64,000 bases of DNA from positions 88,784,001 to 88,848,000 of the forward strand of contig NC_092346.1 in NCBI RefSeq assembly GCF_963676685.1, in the 5' to 3' direction. Under the pieces are notes generated by a model that did no database searches, was not told the origin of the DNA, and saw only the letters and a list, made by a program, of their open reading frames with translations. The first letter of the stretch is position 1, and every line of letters begins with the position of its first letter. Both the position numbers and the translations under genes were made by a program. The DNA comes from Mytilus edulis (taxonomy: Eukaryota). Below, piece by piece: positions 1-15,410 of the stretch.

Positions 1-217
1 AAATTTGGTCAATTATATAAGAAATCACTGGAACATCCCCCTCTTAGGCCCCTTTATGATAATTCATGGATCCACCACTGCATTCATTGAGTTGCTGTCT
101 ATTTGACTTTTACCCCATATCTCCTTAAATCAATGCATTAAAGATGCAACCATTTCAAAATCAATGGACAATGAATACTGGATTAGGTCAAATAATCACC
201 ATTGAATTGCTGAACAC

Positions 218-296
218 AGATCAATGTCTGATGCAAGTGCTACTGTATACCAAAGATCAATGTCTGATGCAAGTGCTACTGTATACCAAAGATCAA
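218..296. repeat. 36-bp tandem duplication
   Basis: AGATCAATGTCTGATGCAAGTGCTACTGTATACCAA x2. Confidence 0.9.
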
Positions 297-1925
297 AGGC
301 TTATTACAGGTTAATCTAAAGTAAATCTGACCTTATTCAACACTATCACATTAATTGATACTACAATGTCTTGTCTAATGTCTTGTCTTGTTGTCAAAGG
401 AGAGTAAAATAATATAATTCTATATATTTTAATATTACATTAGCTATTCCAACACTGTACAATACACTATTTCCTGGTACAAGATATGATTATTACAAAT
501 GAGTGCATATAACCTAGCTTACGTGATAATATTGACAAACAAAGGAGGATGTACTCTTCAGTTTTTCAACTAAGCATTACATGTATTGCGACTGTTATTG
601 TATTGCATAGATCACAGTAATATAAGAATACATAATAACTCCTAACAACAGAACAGGCAGTTACATCAGATGATCTCATAATCTGGCAAACTTTTATTTA
701 GTCCAAGGCTATCGAAAATGCACTTAATCTGTTTCAACTGTAGTACACAATAGATCAACCTTCTATGGTACTTAAAAGATAACATGACAAGGAGAAGTGA
801 AATGTCCCCACCATTGTGTTTTTTGTGGTATACATTAGAGTATTTGACATATTATCATCACAGATTGGAACTTTTGTAATTATCCTTGTAATTCTAAACC
901 CTTCCTCTAACTCATCAAGATTTGTCAAATCAAACAGTATCATGAGTATGTATAGAACATACAAAATGATTCTGCCAAGTATCAACAGTATAGGATATGT
1001 TATTGAGATCACAAATCTTACTCTTTAAGCTTTATGTAAAACAGTCTTTCGGTAGTTTCCTTGGCAAGATATCTATGTGTAAATTTTAGTAAAGATAAGG
1101 ACAAAGTTTCAAAACTCCCACAAGAAAAATTGTCAAATCAATATGACAGCACAGTATAATAATGCTCAACTACACATGATAACAAACAATCCTATTGAGT
1201 TTGACTGAATCCTAGAAAATGGTGTATGAGGAGTTAGTGTATTTACATTGTGCCATTGTGCAACAAGAGTTAAATAATGGTCAAATTCCTGTTACTCACT
1301 TGAAAATTGTCAAACAATGGAGAAAAGTAAGACAATCTAAGGTTAACATTGAAGAAATACTGCAGTAAGTGGTATAAAAGTTTCAGTAACTGTTACACTA
1401 ATACAGATATCAAGTACACCAAACTACTTTTCTAACTAATTGTTGAGTTTGAAAGAATTGCTGGATTACTTCCCTTTTAAAGAGCATATATTACTAAGAG
1501 ACAAATCTTACTAGTTTTATACTTATTGATTACAAATACCCCCCCCCCCCCCCCCAAAAAAAAAAAAGAACCAAAAAAAACACACACACGCTTTCCTGGC
1601 TAAAATTCTAATAACTATTAAATTGTATTTCTTGGATAAAGATGGTCAAGAATTCAAATGGGCTACTTTTCACTTGAAGTATCACCAATGGGTCTTCAAT
1701 GTAGAGAGAAACTACCGCACCCGGAAGCGTCCTTTAGCTGGCCCCTATAACAAATATGTATACTAGTTCAGTGATAATGGACATCATATTAAACTCGGAA
1801 TTATACACAAGAAACTAAAATTAAAAATCATACAAGACAAACAAACGCCAGAGGCTCCTGACTTGGGACAGGCACAAAATTGCAGCAGGATCTCAACCCT
1901 CCCCCTATACCTCTAGTCAATGTAG

Positions 1926-3648
1926 AACCAGATGCTCCGCAGGGCGTAGCTTTATACGATCGCAGAGGTTGAACCCTGAACGGTTGGGGCAAGTATGGAC
2001 ACAACATTCAAGCTGGATTCAGCTCTAAATTTGGATTGTGATTAAATAGTTGACACAGCATAGGTTTCTGACACAGAATGAATGTGTTCTAATGAACTTA
2101 AAATTTTTGTTTTCTCTTAGAGCAATTCACTATGCTGTTGAATATTAATCCTCTCAAAAAAATGTTTGAAGAAATTTTCTTTTTTATTTATGAAATTTCA
2201 AATGAGAAAAATTGAACCCAATTTTTTTAATCACATCCCCCTTTCCCTTATTCCAAAACTAATCTCAATTAAAATTTCTAATGGAGTTTGCAACAATAAC
2301 TACTCATTTAAATACATCATAAAATATTAAGATGTAAAAAAACTGCTTGTTATCACTGAATGGTAAAGATTATTTTAATTTATCAGTTGGCAGTAAAAAG
2401 TGAATATACATTGTATATTGTATATAACAAAGATTTAAGTTGATTCTGGACAAAGAAAGATAACTCCAATTAAAAAAAAATCTTGCTATTGCACAATATT
2501 TTGCAATTAGATATTTCTTGCTTACTATTCTAGACAAAGAAAGATAACTCTAATTAAAAAAAAATTTGCTATTTCACAATATTGTGCAATTAGATATTTC
2601 TTGCCATTGCGCAATACTGTGCAATTGAAAAGACTTGCTATTGCACAATACTTAATATAATAATTTTAGATCCTGATTTGGACCAACTTGAAAACTGGGC
2701 CCATAATAAAAAATCTAAGTACATTTTTGGATTCAGCATATCAAAGAACCCCAAGATTTCAATTTTTGTTAAAATCAGACTAAGTTTAATTCTGGACCCT
2801 TTGGACCTTAATGTAGACCAATTTGAAAACGGGACCAAAAGTTAAGAATCTACATACACAGTCATGACAGTTAGATTCGGCATATCAAAGAACCCCAATT
2901 ATTCAATTTTGATGAAATCAAACAAAGTTTAATTTTGGACCCTTTGGGCCCCTTATTCTGTTGGGACCAAAACTCCCAAAATCAATACCAACCTTCCTTT
3001 TATGGTCATAAACCTTGTGTTTAAATTTCATAGATTTCTATTTACTTATACTAACGTTATGGTGCGAAAACCAAGAAAAATGCTTATTAGGGTCCCTTTT
3101 TGGCCCATAATTCCTAAACTGTTGTGACCTCAACTCCAAAAATCAATACCAACCTTCCTTTTGTAGTCATTAACATTGTGTTTAAATTTCATTGATTTCT
3201 ATTTACTTAAACTAAAGTTATTGTGCGAAAACCAAGAATAATGCTTATTTGGGACCTTTTTTGGCCCCTAATTCCTAAACTGTTGAAACCAAAACTCCCA
3301 AAATCAATCCCAACCGTTCTTTTGTGGTCATAAACCTTGTGTCAAAATTTCATAGATTTCTATTAACTTAAACTAAAGTTATAGTGCGAAAACCAAGAAA
3401 ATGCTTATTTGGGCCCTTTTTGGCCCCTAATTCCTAAAATGTTGGGACCAAAACTCCCAAAATCAATACCAACCTTCCTTTTGTGGTCATAAACCTTGTG
3501 TTAAAATTTCATAGATTTCCATTCACTTTTACTAAAGTTAGAGTGCGAAAACTAAAAGTATTCGGACGACGACGACGACGCAGACGACGACGCCAACGTG
3601 ATAGCAATATACGACGAAAATTTTTTCAAATTTTGCGGTCTTATAAAA
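1926..3648 (-). mobile_element. HINE family B with four core units of about 160 bp
   Basis: Minus-strand 5' end TTTTATAAGACCGC...GTCGTATA, (GTC)n microsatellite at 3566-3592, units near 2958/3118/3279/3439, 3' end GATCGTATAAAGCTACGCCCTGCGGAGCATCTGGTT. Confidence 0.75.
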
Positions 3649-5568
3649 AACAAAAGCACAACAATATGCACAGTAAAACTCAGTTTAAGAGAAGTTGTAG
3701 TCCAATGTCAGAATATGAAACAAAACAAAATAAAACAAAATGACAATAATACATAAATAACAACAGACTACTAGCAGTTACTGACATGCCAGCTCCAGCC
3801 AGACCTAAATTAAACTGATTGAAAGATTATGTCTTCATCATAAGAATATCAGGTACAATCCCTCCTGTTAGGGGTTTAGTTTAATACCATCATGAAATAT
3901 ATGAGAAGTACATAACCTGTGTCAAGCCAACAACTGGTTTTAGCCATGCAATATTACAGATATTAATTGCAGACACCAAACTTATTTTCTTAAATATTTG
4001 TCAAACTTGCAAGAACTGATGGATTACTTCCGATTATAGAAAATATAATACTAAGGGAGACAAATCTTCCTAGTTTCATACTTGTTAGTAAAATAACCAC
4101 ATTTATCTCCCCTTCAAGTTCAAAAGATATCATTTTTATTTTTTTCACAAAAATAATTTAACCTGCACTATATGCTTATAAAAAAATCTAATAATTATCA
4201 AATAAGATTTCCTTGATAAAGATGGCCAAGAATAAAAATGGCCTATGTTTTACTTGTATTAACACTTTAACTCTGGGTGCGGGAATTTCTCACTACATTG
4301 AAGACCTGTTGGTGACCTTCTGCTGTTGTTTTTTCTATGGTCGGGTTGTTGTCTCTTTGGCACATTCCCCATTTCCATTCTCAATTTTATTTGTCTCATT
4401 GTGATTTACTGCAGTTGCCTGACTCCTTTTAATATTATCTCTTGATTTTGTAAGAACTGGTGAAATATATACTTCTCTTTTAAAGAACATTTGACCAGGG
4501 AACATAGTTAATTCGTAGTGCATTTCTTTTAAACAATAAATGAAAATTTAAAAAATCCCACCAGCACTTTTTGCAAAATTCAAAAAATCCCACCAGCACT
4601 TTTGGAAAAAGTTCTATCAAAAGTATTGAAAACTTCAACAAATATGAACAATTTTATGTTAAGGGTCTTGGAATCTTTTGATAGCTTCAGACATACTTAT
4701 TTTTAACAATTTTCAGCTAGACCTGTCACCAAATCGCTACTTCACTTCACTTCAATATTAATGACCAAACATTTTTTACAGTGTAGTTTAATCCCCCTTC
4801 ATGCTATTTGAAACATAAAACATGAAGGAATTAATTGGAAGGGGTATGAAAAAAGTAGCAACTAATATAAGACTGTATTCATCATACAATTTATTACTAA
4901 GGGAGACAAATCTTACCAGTTTAATACTTTCAGAAAGACAGCCACATTTATATCCCCTACAATGTCAGATAACTAGTCAAATAGCATGAACAGAAAATTA
5001 TTTTACTCCCTACAAGTAGAAGTTTACAAATAGACAAATTAATCATGGTCCAAGCTAAAAATACAAATAATAGTAAATAATTAAAATGGGCTATTTATTA
5101 CTTGTTTCGACACTATGGGGTGTTATTTCTTGTATTTATATATTCTAAGAAAATATAACTTTATCTTGAATTGCAAAAATGGACTAATTTTTGTTGATTT
5201 ACTATTGCTGATCCTTTTGTCTGCTTTATAGTTTCATTCAATCTACTATAGTGTTTTCCAAAAGTACAAATATTGGTAAAAATCATTAGAAGGGGCATAC
5301 CAATCAATTTTACCATGGGTATATGATTGTGAAAGTATGAAAAAACAAATAAACATCATTGAAATAAATTTGAAGGCATTTTGAAATGTTGGCAAGTATG
5401 CAATAAATCCTATAAGATTGCAATAATTTTTTGTACCCGCATGTTTTATATTTCTCCGCCTGCATGATATGAGGCCTTTTTAAAAACCGGGGAAGTTTCC
5501 CAATATTTGAAACAAATAATAATATTAACACATAAAACAACAATTAAAAATGTTTTTTTTTAGTATAA

Positions 5569-5717
5569 AGACAATAATAGTGCATTGACTTGACATATCA
5601 ACGATATAAGGATTCGGCGCAAAACGGTGAAAAAGCTCGACAGAGCCTCTCACTTCCCTGTTTCTAAGCCTCATCCTTATATCATTGATATGTCAAGTCA
5701 ATGCACTATTATTGTCT
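5569..5717. repeat. Long inverted repeat (arms of about 45 bp)
   Basis: agacaataatagtgcattgacttgacatatcaacgatataaggat and its near-exact reverse complement. Confidence 0.85.
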
Positions 5718-8700
5718 ATTTAAATACCTATTGAAAAAAAGATTATGGTAAAACTATGCATTAACACATATAATAAAGTAATTCTCCAAAAATAGATTAA
5801 AGGTTGTGTGAGTTGTCTTAGTGGCTCAGATTGTTTCTATAAACTCAATGATGAGCTTGAACCTGTGTTGCTGCATGCAGTTAATTGAGGTAACATGCAT
5901 ACTGAAGCATAAGTGATCATTCCCTTTCATAGAAGTTCAGAAAAATTTGACACCAATTTTCTTCATAAAATGAGTATTGTAAAATTTCAAAATATTGGCA
6001 AACAGGAAGTGGCAACAGTCAATGTAATAACTGCTTACTAATGTTACAACTCTCAACATTATCAAGCTCCAACCCAAATGTTTAATCAATCTCTTTCATA
6101 GAAGCCAAGAAAACCTTATCAAAAGATTCTTATCCATTGAAGGTATTTCAAATGAAGTTGAACAATTAAAAGACCTCATTTGCGGATAAAAATCATTCTA
6201 ATGAGTAAATGTCACAGGTGACAAGTACATCCTGTGAGTGCTATGAAAGTTTCACAAAATTCTGTCAAGTGGTTCAGTAGCAGTAAATAATACATAAAAA
6301 AAAAGAAATGGAAAGACACGGTGACAGAGAACTCTCAACTGACAGAGAGCCCCATTAATAAATACCCCCTTTGATGAAATATTTATTGTATACTCCCTGT
6401 TTTTAAAAGACATTCCATAACAAGTTAGAGTTATCTTCCTTACATCATGTATATATACATTTGTACTTGACAAAAAAATACCATAAAGCACTGTAACAAG
6501 CAAATTGACATACTTAACAGCTGGATAATTTCTAAGTATTAGTGAAAAAATGAATGGAAATGTCAATAACAATATCAAGTGCTTAATCTGGATGACAACA
6601 TAACAAGTACTTTAGCTATGTGTAGTTATAAAGTAGTGTGTGTCCCATTGACACAGATAAATGTAGATGGTTTTTTAAACTTTCCCACTTGACACAAATC
6701 GAAACCATTTTCTGATCTTGCTGAGTCCTGAAGTTAACTTCTATGCCATTTTGACGAATTGTTCTCATTTACAAAATACTTTCTATAGTACTATATACTT
6801 TTTACCCTTTCTTATACAAAATTTCCAAAAGTGTATCTTAAAATACATCACTGAAATGTTTAATATATCTTGGTAAACCATTGTATCAAAGAAACCTTGA
6901 TGGTAACATTGAACTTTAAAGGGTGAAATTGAGAGTTTCTTTTGGGGACTAATGACTCCTGATGTGTGTTTTATTCATACATAAACATAAACTTCCCACA
7001 CTTAATGGTCTTTATTAAGCTTTAAGTTGGATGAAGCATGAAATTTCAAATCAGATTTTTACAGGATTTAAATTTAGTAATCATAGAAAACCAAAATCAA
7101 TTTTCTTTCAGTAATTTTTAGTCTATTGTGCTATGACAAGCCCTGGGAAAACATTTAATATTGCTACATAATGTTTCAAAGAAAGCTTTAATAACAAATC
7201 AGTGTTTTGAGGAATATGCACATGCATACATATAATTTTTATATTAACTAAATATTGTTGTCATCTAGCAAAAACTAAGTTAATATTGTTATTTCCACCT
7301 ATATCTATTTGTTTACTAAATCTTACGAATTATGTCATCTTGGTTGTTTACAGTATTTTTCTAATTAGTCAAGTATGCAAAATGTAAGATAGATAACTTC
7401 AAAATTTTCAAAAAATTCAACATTCATCCTTTCAAAAGCATGCTCTCTCTCACCTTTAAACAAAGTAAACCATCCCATCAAGGAAATCGATATCTGCACA
7501 CACTCTTAAATCATGTAGTTTTTAAACGAGATGAATTGACACCAGACAATCAATTTCGGATAAGTGTATTATATGGGCGTTATTTAATTTGATTACATGG
7601 ATTGAAGAAAACTATATAATTAATTTCATATCGGTGTATTGAATTGTGTTATATTATTATTGAACATTGTATTTAATTATATTATTAATTCGTATATTTT
7701 AACAAATTTGATTCGTTTAGGGATAGTCACATGTTAAACTATATTTTCGAAGGTAGAGAGAAAACGGCGGATAGCAAAAAGCATATTGACCGGCAAAAAG
7801 CATATTGCACGGTTATTTTTTAGAATATCTATAAACCGATATACTTTGTGACGTCATGTAATGAATTTCAGGATATTGTTTAACGTTTTGAAACAAATGA
7901 TATCTGTGATCGATTATTTGACGAAAAAAAAATTTCAAATACATAAGATGTCCAAAAAAAAAGTAAATGAAATAACAACTAATATGTTGTTATTGTCAAG
8001 GGGACAATGTAATATATATAACGTTTCAACAAACCTAAATGACGATTTTGATACAAACATGGTCGGAAATTAGTAATATATCAAATATAGCCTTTGTATG
8101 AGGTCAATACAGGATATATCGACCCAAAGAAGTATATCGACCTCGGACTTCATCCTCAGTCAATATATAATTGTAATATTCTAATATAAAATATAAGAAA
8201 AAAATTCTTATCTATATGAAAACCTGTTCTTATAGATACTAACCATTTCAGGGTACCTTACAGTTAAAGCTGTAGCAGTAAGGTCATTGTTAACAGCTTA
8301 AGTGCAATAAATTTATGTTCAAGTGTTAAAAAAAAAAAAAGAAGATAGATAACTCTAACTTCTTATTGACCTTGTACACAAATTGATTGTCATACAAGTT
8401 TCACAGTCATTTCACACTTTGAAAATACATGTCTCTTTAATGTTTTTAAAACAACTTCAAATTCAAGCTTTGAGAAATGGGTAATTGGTATTTAAAATAA
8501 TTTGAAATAGTAAAAGATTGAGAAAACAAATATTCATTAACCAAATAGAAATAGGTTTTAAACTTTGTTTGAATTATTTCTGTTTTCTAAATGTCTATCA
8601 AATCTCACTATTTAGTCAATTCCTTTCAGGCATAGTTAAAGTCAAATCATTATGATTAAGAAATGCATTCAATGATTACATGAATATATACTGTATACTG

Positions 8701-11017
8701 TATCAATAAAACCTGAGAGAAATGGTATTTTTTATCAACTATTCTTAAAACAAAGAAAAAACAAAGAGGTCCTCCTTTCAAATAAAATAAAGGAAAGTTG
8801 ATTCTTTCATTGTGAATACCAATTTTACATGACCAAAACTTAACCTGATGGAATTCTATTATATAAATCATATATTTTATAAATGTTTTTTTTACTGTAT
8901 GAACAATGTCTGCATACATGTATTTATCAAAGTTGTACAAAATGGAACATGTAAAATGTTGTTTGTTTATACATTTTGTAGTTAACACATGTTTGGTTAA
9001 TTATAGTAAGGTCGGTTCGATTGGGATATTGAGTTCATGCACGAGTGAACTCAGGTGGTTTAAAGTCATTCCAGCCATTGCAGTCAAAGTGTACAGTAGC
9101 ATTTTGCAAAATAAATAATATTATTAATCATATTATTTATTTTCAGATTTGTGGACCACAAGTATGGGGAAACCAGTACAAGCTGCTTAATAGCTAAATA
9201 TTTCTATGAACTTTCACCAATATTATACTCATATTTATAATAAAATGTGCGCTTGTCTCTGCAAGTGGCGTCTCCCATGTAAGAGTTTGTGGTTATTTGA
9301 TAAATATTTTATGTTCGTTTGAGTTTACGAATTAGAATTTAACATAGGATATACATTTCTACATTTTGACACATGTTTAACCAACCAAAAGTATCTGCAG
9401 GCATGTCCACTGTGTCCATGCTTGGGCAATTATAGTGCATGTTTATGTATCTTGTGTTAATCAATGGGATTATATAAATACAATAATCAGGACACATAAA
9501 TTTGGTAATAATATGAATAAATAAAGTTAGATGAGACAGTATATTGGAATGTAGTAGTGTAAAGTACAAATTGTGCAATAATTATTGTTTCTATTCTGGT
9601 TGAGTCTAGTTATTTGTACTTATTCAGACAGAACTGTAGTACATTGATGTATGGTGTAGAAAACAAACATATATATATAACAATCAACACTTAACCTCAA
9701 GGAAATACTGGCAGGGTATTTTATTCATACTATATGTATATGAAGAGGGCCACTTGAAAAAAATACATCTGCATAATTTATTCATTGCAGAAATTTTTCT
9801 TCTCATTTTTACATGTTTTTTAATAACAAAACCATTTATCTTGCTTATCCATTATAAGTCCATTGAGTTATTGCGTTTTAAGTTTTTTTACACTCAATCA
9901 ACAAATCTTTGCACAGGGCCTTTATATAATACATCTAATCCTTAAATTTGAAAAAAAAAATTGCTTTTAAGTTTCACAGAAAAAAAAATCTGAAATTAAA
10001 CCAATGACATCCAAGAATAGCTTTTCTGTATAATGCGTAATAGTCAACATTTATATAAAAGTTTGAAGTATGTTTCAGAAAACTTGTAACATGTTAATAA
10101 ACAATGGACAAGATGACAGACAACCTATAATGTTTTTAGTAATAGTAGATCCTATGTAAAATGCCTACCAAACAAAAACAAAAAAATTTCTGACTAGGAA
10201 AGGTTATATCACTCCTACATGTAAGCCATAAATATCAAGTCCACTTAAACTTTAAAAAATAATTCATTTTGATTGCAATATTCGTTTACACTGAGTATAC
10301 TGTCATCCAACTGGGTCAAGCAGTAAATTTCATATTTTCCAGAAACACAAAGAAATCAAAAATAGACCTTTTGAAGGATGCTTGATTAGAAAATTACCAC
10401 CAGACTTGACTCTGTAAGATGGGGCAGCAATAGGCACACCCTTAGAGACAAACCAAAAATTACTTTACTGGATTGGACCTAAATTCCCTAATAGAACTGA
10501 GGATTATATATAACAAGGATAAATTCTGATGTCCTTAAATAAAGACCATCACTTAACCTAATTAATGGCAATAACTAGAAACTACTAGTTCATACTTGAT
10601 ATATCTGAAGATGAAATAATATGTCACTATGGGTTATCTCTTTGTAGATAAACAAGATTATAATACATCTGTCCCTATCTAAGTATTAACATTCAGTCAT
10701 CAGTATTTGAAGTATGTGTATAAACATACTACTCCACATAGGATCAAGTTTCATTCATACTTATACTATTGTGGGAGTATATATATGTATTTTATTTTCT
10801 ATCCAATATTTGAGACTAAAAGCAAAATGCTGAATAATTAAGAACACTGACCAGTAAAACTCTCAATTAATCCTTTTAATTAATATGATTGTATGGTTCT
10901 CTTTTCATCTAAGGCACTGGTTTAATAACAGCTAGCAACAAAATGTCCCTTCCATAAAAACTACCCAACCTTCAAAGGACAAATGAACACTTAATTCAGA
11001 CATGGACAGGAAAACAA

Positions 11018-12443
11018 CTGTCAAGATTCCTGATTTGATACAGACATGTTACAACTCCGCTGACAAGGTTCATTATTTGACACAGACATGTTACATCTTC
11101 CTTGACAAGATTCATGATTTGATACAGACATGTTACAACTCTGCTGACAAGGTTCATGATTTGGGACATACCACGAACAACTCCGCTGACAAGGTTCATG
11201 ATTTAGGACAGACATGGAACAACTTAGCTGTTAAGGTTCCTGATTTGAGACAGACATGTTACAACTCTGCTGACAAGGTTCCTGATTTGAGATAGACATG
11301 TTACAACTCAACTGACAAATTTCATGATATGGGACAGACTTGTTACAACTTTGCTGACAAGGTTCATGATTTGAGACAGACATGTTACAACTCTGATGAC
11401 AAGGTTCCTGATTTGACACAGACATGTTACAACTCTGCTGACAAGGTTCCTGATGTGAGACAGACATGTTACAACTCCACTGACAAGGTTCCTGATTTGA
11501 GACCGACATGTTACAACTCCCCTGTCAAGATTCCTGATTTAACACAGACATGTTACAACTCTGCTGACAAGGTTCCTGATTTGAGACAGACATGTTACAA
11601 CTCCGCTGACAAGGTTCCTGATTTGAGATAGACATGATACAACTCCGCTGACAAGGTTCCTGATTTGAGACAGACAAGTTCTCTGCTGACAAGGTTCATG
11701 ATTTGAGACAGACATGTTACAACTCCGCTGACAAGGTTCATGATTTGACACAGACATGTTACAACTTCCTTGACAAGGTTCATGATTTGACACAGACATG
11801 TTACAACTCCGCTGACAAGGTTCATGATTTGGGACGGACATGGAACAACTTAGCTGATATGGTTCATGATTTGAGACAGACATGTTACAACTTAGCTGAA
11901 AAGGTTCCTGATTTAGGACAGACATGTAACAACAACGCTGACAAGGTTTATGATTTGGGAAGGACATGTAACAACTCCACTGACAAAGTTCATATGGGAC
12001 AGACATGTTACAACTTCGCTGACAAGGTTCATGATTTGGTGACAGACATTTTACAACTCCACTGACAAAGTTCATGATATGGGACAGACATGTAACAACT
12101 CTGCTGACAAGGTTCATGATTTGGTGACAGACATTTTACAACTCTACTGACAAAGTTCATGATATGGGACAGACATGTTACAACTTCTCTGACAGGGTTC
12201 ATGATTTGGTGACAGACATTTTACAACTCCACTGACTAAGTTCATGATATGGGACAGACATGTTACAACTCCACTGACAAGGTTCCTGATTTGAGACAGA
12301 CATGTTACAACTTTGCTAACAAAGTTCCTGATTTGGGACGGACATGGAACAACTTAGCTGTTAAGGCTCCTGATTTGAGACAGACATGTTACAACTTTGC
12401 TAATAAAGTTCCTGATTTGGGACAGACATGTTACAACTCCACT
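11018..12443. repeat. 42-bp minisatellite (about 34 units)
   Basis: Unit GACAAGGTTCCTGATTTGAGACAGACATGTTACAACTCTGCT. Confidence 0.95.
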
Positions 12444-13056
12444 GTCGATGTGTCGATGGAGGTAACAACCTGGGCATAGGTAAAATAGTAATAAACAGAT
12501 TATCATTAGTCATTTTCTGTTTTTCTCACTTTTCGCCATACTGGCTCAAGCGAGAAAATCAATCTCATTGAGATGACTAGCCATAATCTATAATTATCTA
12601 GAAATTAAAGTCTTGAGAAATCAGAATTTTGCTGTCTTTATAATATCTGTATAACAGATGACAAAACACAGGAACACAAGTATAAAACAAATTCACCATA
12701 ACATCAAATAATGATCACTGTTACTGGTACTTCTAAAATCAGGCCCTTTATACTCTAATATCTACCACAGTACTTTAATATGATGCATTATACAAAAACA
12801 TCAGGAATAGCCCAGAAAAACAGGAATATAGTGTCCAAAAGTCTTACATCATCCCTGTGAAGATTTTTAGGGGTCTATATATTGTCTTTGGATTTCTGCC
12901 AATGTAAAGTATGAAGTATTGATCAAGATTCTATACCATGCTGTACTGCACAATTGAGTTATAAAGCTTCCATGACATCATTGTCAAATAAAATAATCCA
13001 GTTGATGCAGAACTGTGTAATATTTAAAACGGTTATTATTACAATTTTACGATACA

Positions 13057-15410
13057 TGTAATAGGACTGTAATAATAAGATGTAATAGGACTGTAATAAT
13101 AATATGTAAAAAGATTGTAATAATAAGATGTAAAAAGATTGTAATAATAAGATGAAATAGGATTGTAATAATAAGATGTAAAAATATTGTAATAATAAGA
13201 TGTAAAAATATTGTAATAATAAGATGTAAAAAGATTGTAATAATAAGATGAAAAAAGATTGTAATAATAAGATGAAACTAGAGGCTCTAAAGAGCCTGTG
13301 TCGCTCACCTTGGTCTATGTGCATATTAAACAAAGGACACAAATGGATTCATGACAAAATTGTATTTTGGTGATGGTGATGTGTTTGAAGTTCTTACTTT
13401 ACTGAACATTCTTGCTTCTAACAATTATATCTGTAATGAACTTTGCCCATTAGGAACAGAGAAAAATATTTGGTAAAAATTTACATAAATTTACCAAATT
13501 AATGAAAATTGTTAAAAATTGACTATAAAGGGCAATAACTCCTTAAGGGGTCAATTGACCATTTAGGTCATGTGGACTTATTTGTAGATCTTACTTTGAT
13601 GAACATTATCGCTGTTTACAGTTTATAGCTATCTATAATAGTATTCAAGATAATAACCAAAAACAGCAAAATTTCTTTAAAAATTACCAATTGGAGGTCA
13701 GCAACCCAACAACCGGTTGTCCAATTCATTTGAATATTTCAGGGCAGATATATATTGACTTGATTAACAATTTAACTCCTTGTCAGATTTCCTCTAAATG
13801 ATTTGGGTTTCAGAGTTAAAAGCAAAAAACTACATTTTACCCCTGTTCTATTTTTAGCCGTGGTGGCCATCTTGGTTGGATGGCCAGGTCATCGGACACA
13901 TTTTTCAAACAAGGTACCTCAAAGATGATTGTGGCCAAGTTTGAATTAATTTGGCCCGGTAGTTTCAGAAGAGAAGATTTTTGTAAAAGATAACTAAGAT
14001 TTACGAAAAATGATTAAAAATTGACTATAAAGGGCAATAACTCCTTAAAGGGTCAACTGACCATTTCGGTCATGTTGACTTATTTGTAAATCTAACTTTG
14101 CTGAACATTATTCCTGTTTACAGTTTATCTCTATCTATAATAATATTCAAGATAATAACCAAAAACGGCAAAAATTTCATCAAAATTACCAATTCAGGGG
14201 CAGCAACCCAACAACAGGTTGACCGATTCATCTGAAAATTTCAGGGCAGATAGATCTTGACCTGATAAACATTTTTACCCCACATCAGATTTCCTCTAAA
14301 TGCTTTGGTTTTTGAGTTATAAGCTAAAAACTGCATTTTACCCCTATGTTCTATTTTTAGCCGTGGCGGCCATCTTGGTTGGTTGACCGGGTCACGCCAC
14401 ACATTTTTTAAACTAGATACCCCAAAGATGATTGTGGCCAAGTTTGGATTAATTTGGCCCAGTAGTTTCAGAGGAGAAGATTTTTGTAAAAGATTACTTA
14501 TATTTATGAAAAATGGTTAAAAATTGACTATAAAGGGCAATAACTCCTAAAGGGGTCAACTGACCATTTCGGTCATGTTGACTTATTTGTAAATCTAACT
14601 TTGCCGAACATTATTGCTGCTAACAGTTTATCTCTATCTATAATAATATTCAAGATAATAACCAAAAACAGCAAAATTTCCTCAAAATGACCAATTCAGG
14701 AGCAGCAACCCAACAACGGGTTGACCGATTCATCTGAAAATTTCAGGGCAGATAGATCTTGACCTGATCAACATATTTACCCCATGTCAGATTTCCTCTA
14801 AATGCTTTGGTTTTTGAGTTATAAGCCAAAAACTGCATTTTACCCCTATGTTCTATTTTTAGCCATGGCGGCCATCTTGGTTGGTTGGCCGGGTCACCGG
14901 ACACATTTTTTAAACTAGATACCCCAATGATGATTGTGGCCAAGTTTGGTTTAATTTGGCCCAGTAGTTTCAGAGGAGAAGATTTTTGTAAAAGTTAACG
15001 ACGGACGACGACGACGGACGCAGGACGACGGACGCCGGACGCAAAGTGATGGGAAAAGCTCACTTGGCCCTTCGGGCCAGGTGAGCTAAAAAGATTGTAA
15101 TAATAAGATGTAATAGGACTGTAATAATAATATGTAAAAAGATTGTAATAATAAGATGTAAAAAGATTGTAATAATAAGATGTAAAAAGATTGTAATAAT
15201 AAGATGTAATAGAATTGTGATAATAATATGAAGATTGTAATAATATGAAATATGATTGTACAAAAATGTAATAATATGTAAAAAGATTGTTCAAATCATT
15301 TGTTTAAAGGTTTTTTAAGAAGATTGTAATAATATGCAAAAAGATTGTAATGATAATTTGTAATAGGATTGTAATAATATGTAAAAAGATTGTAATAATA
15401 ATATGCAAAA
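13057..15410. repeat. 24-bp minisatellite split by a HINE insertion (13057-13275 and 15091-15410)
   Basis: Unit AAGATTGTAATAATAAGATGTAAA on both sides of the element. Confidence 0.9.
13276..15090 (-). mobile_element. Non-autonomous Helentron-like element (HINE), family A, 3 core units of about 502 bp
   Basis: 5' hairpin AGCTCACCTGGCCC-GAA-GGGCCAAGTGAGCT, (CGTC/CGT)n microsatellite, tandem cores, 3' subTIR AGGTGAGC, stem-loop AGGCTCTTTAGAGCCT and CTAGTT end. Inserted in a T-run with no TSD. Confidence 0.85.

Noticed and set aside
755-1012. 85-aa hydrophobic minus-strand ORF as another TSC22 first exon
   Set aside because: No phase-2 donor in that frame, a TTG start and no recognisable motif.
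11002-12479. Cys-rich repetitive ORFs (DKVPDLRQTCYNSA and reverse frames) as a structural protein
   Set aside because: They arise from a 42-bp unit open in several frames on both strands, with internal stops and frameshifts and no supportable splice context.
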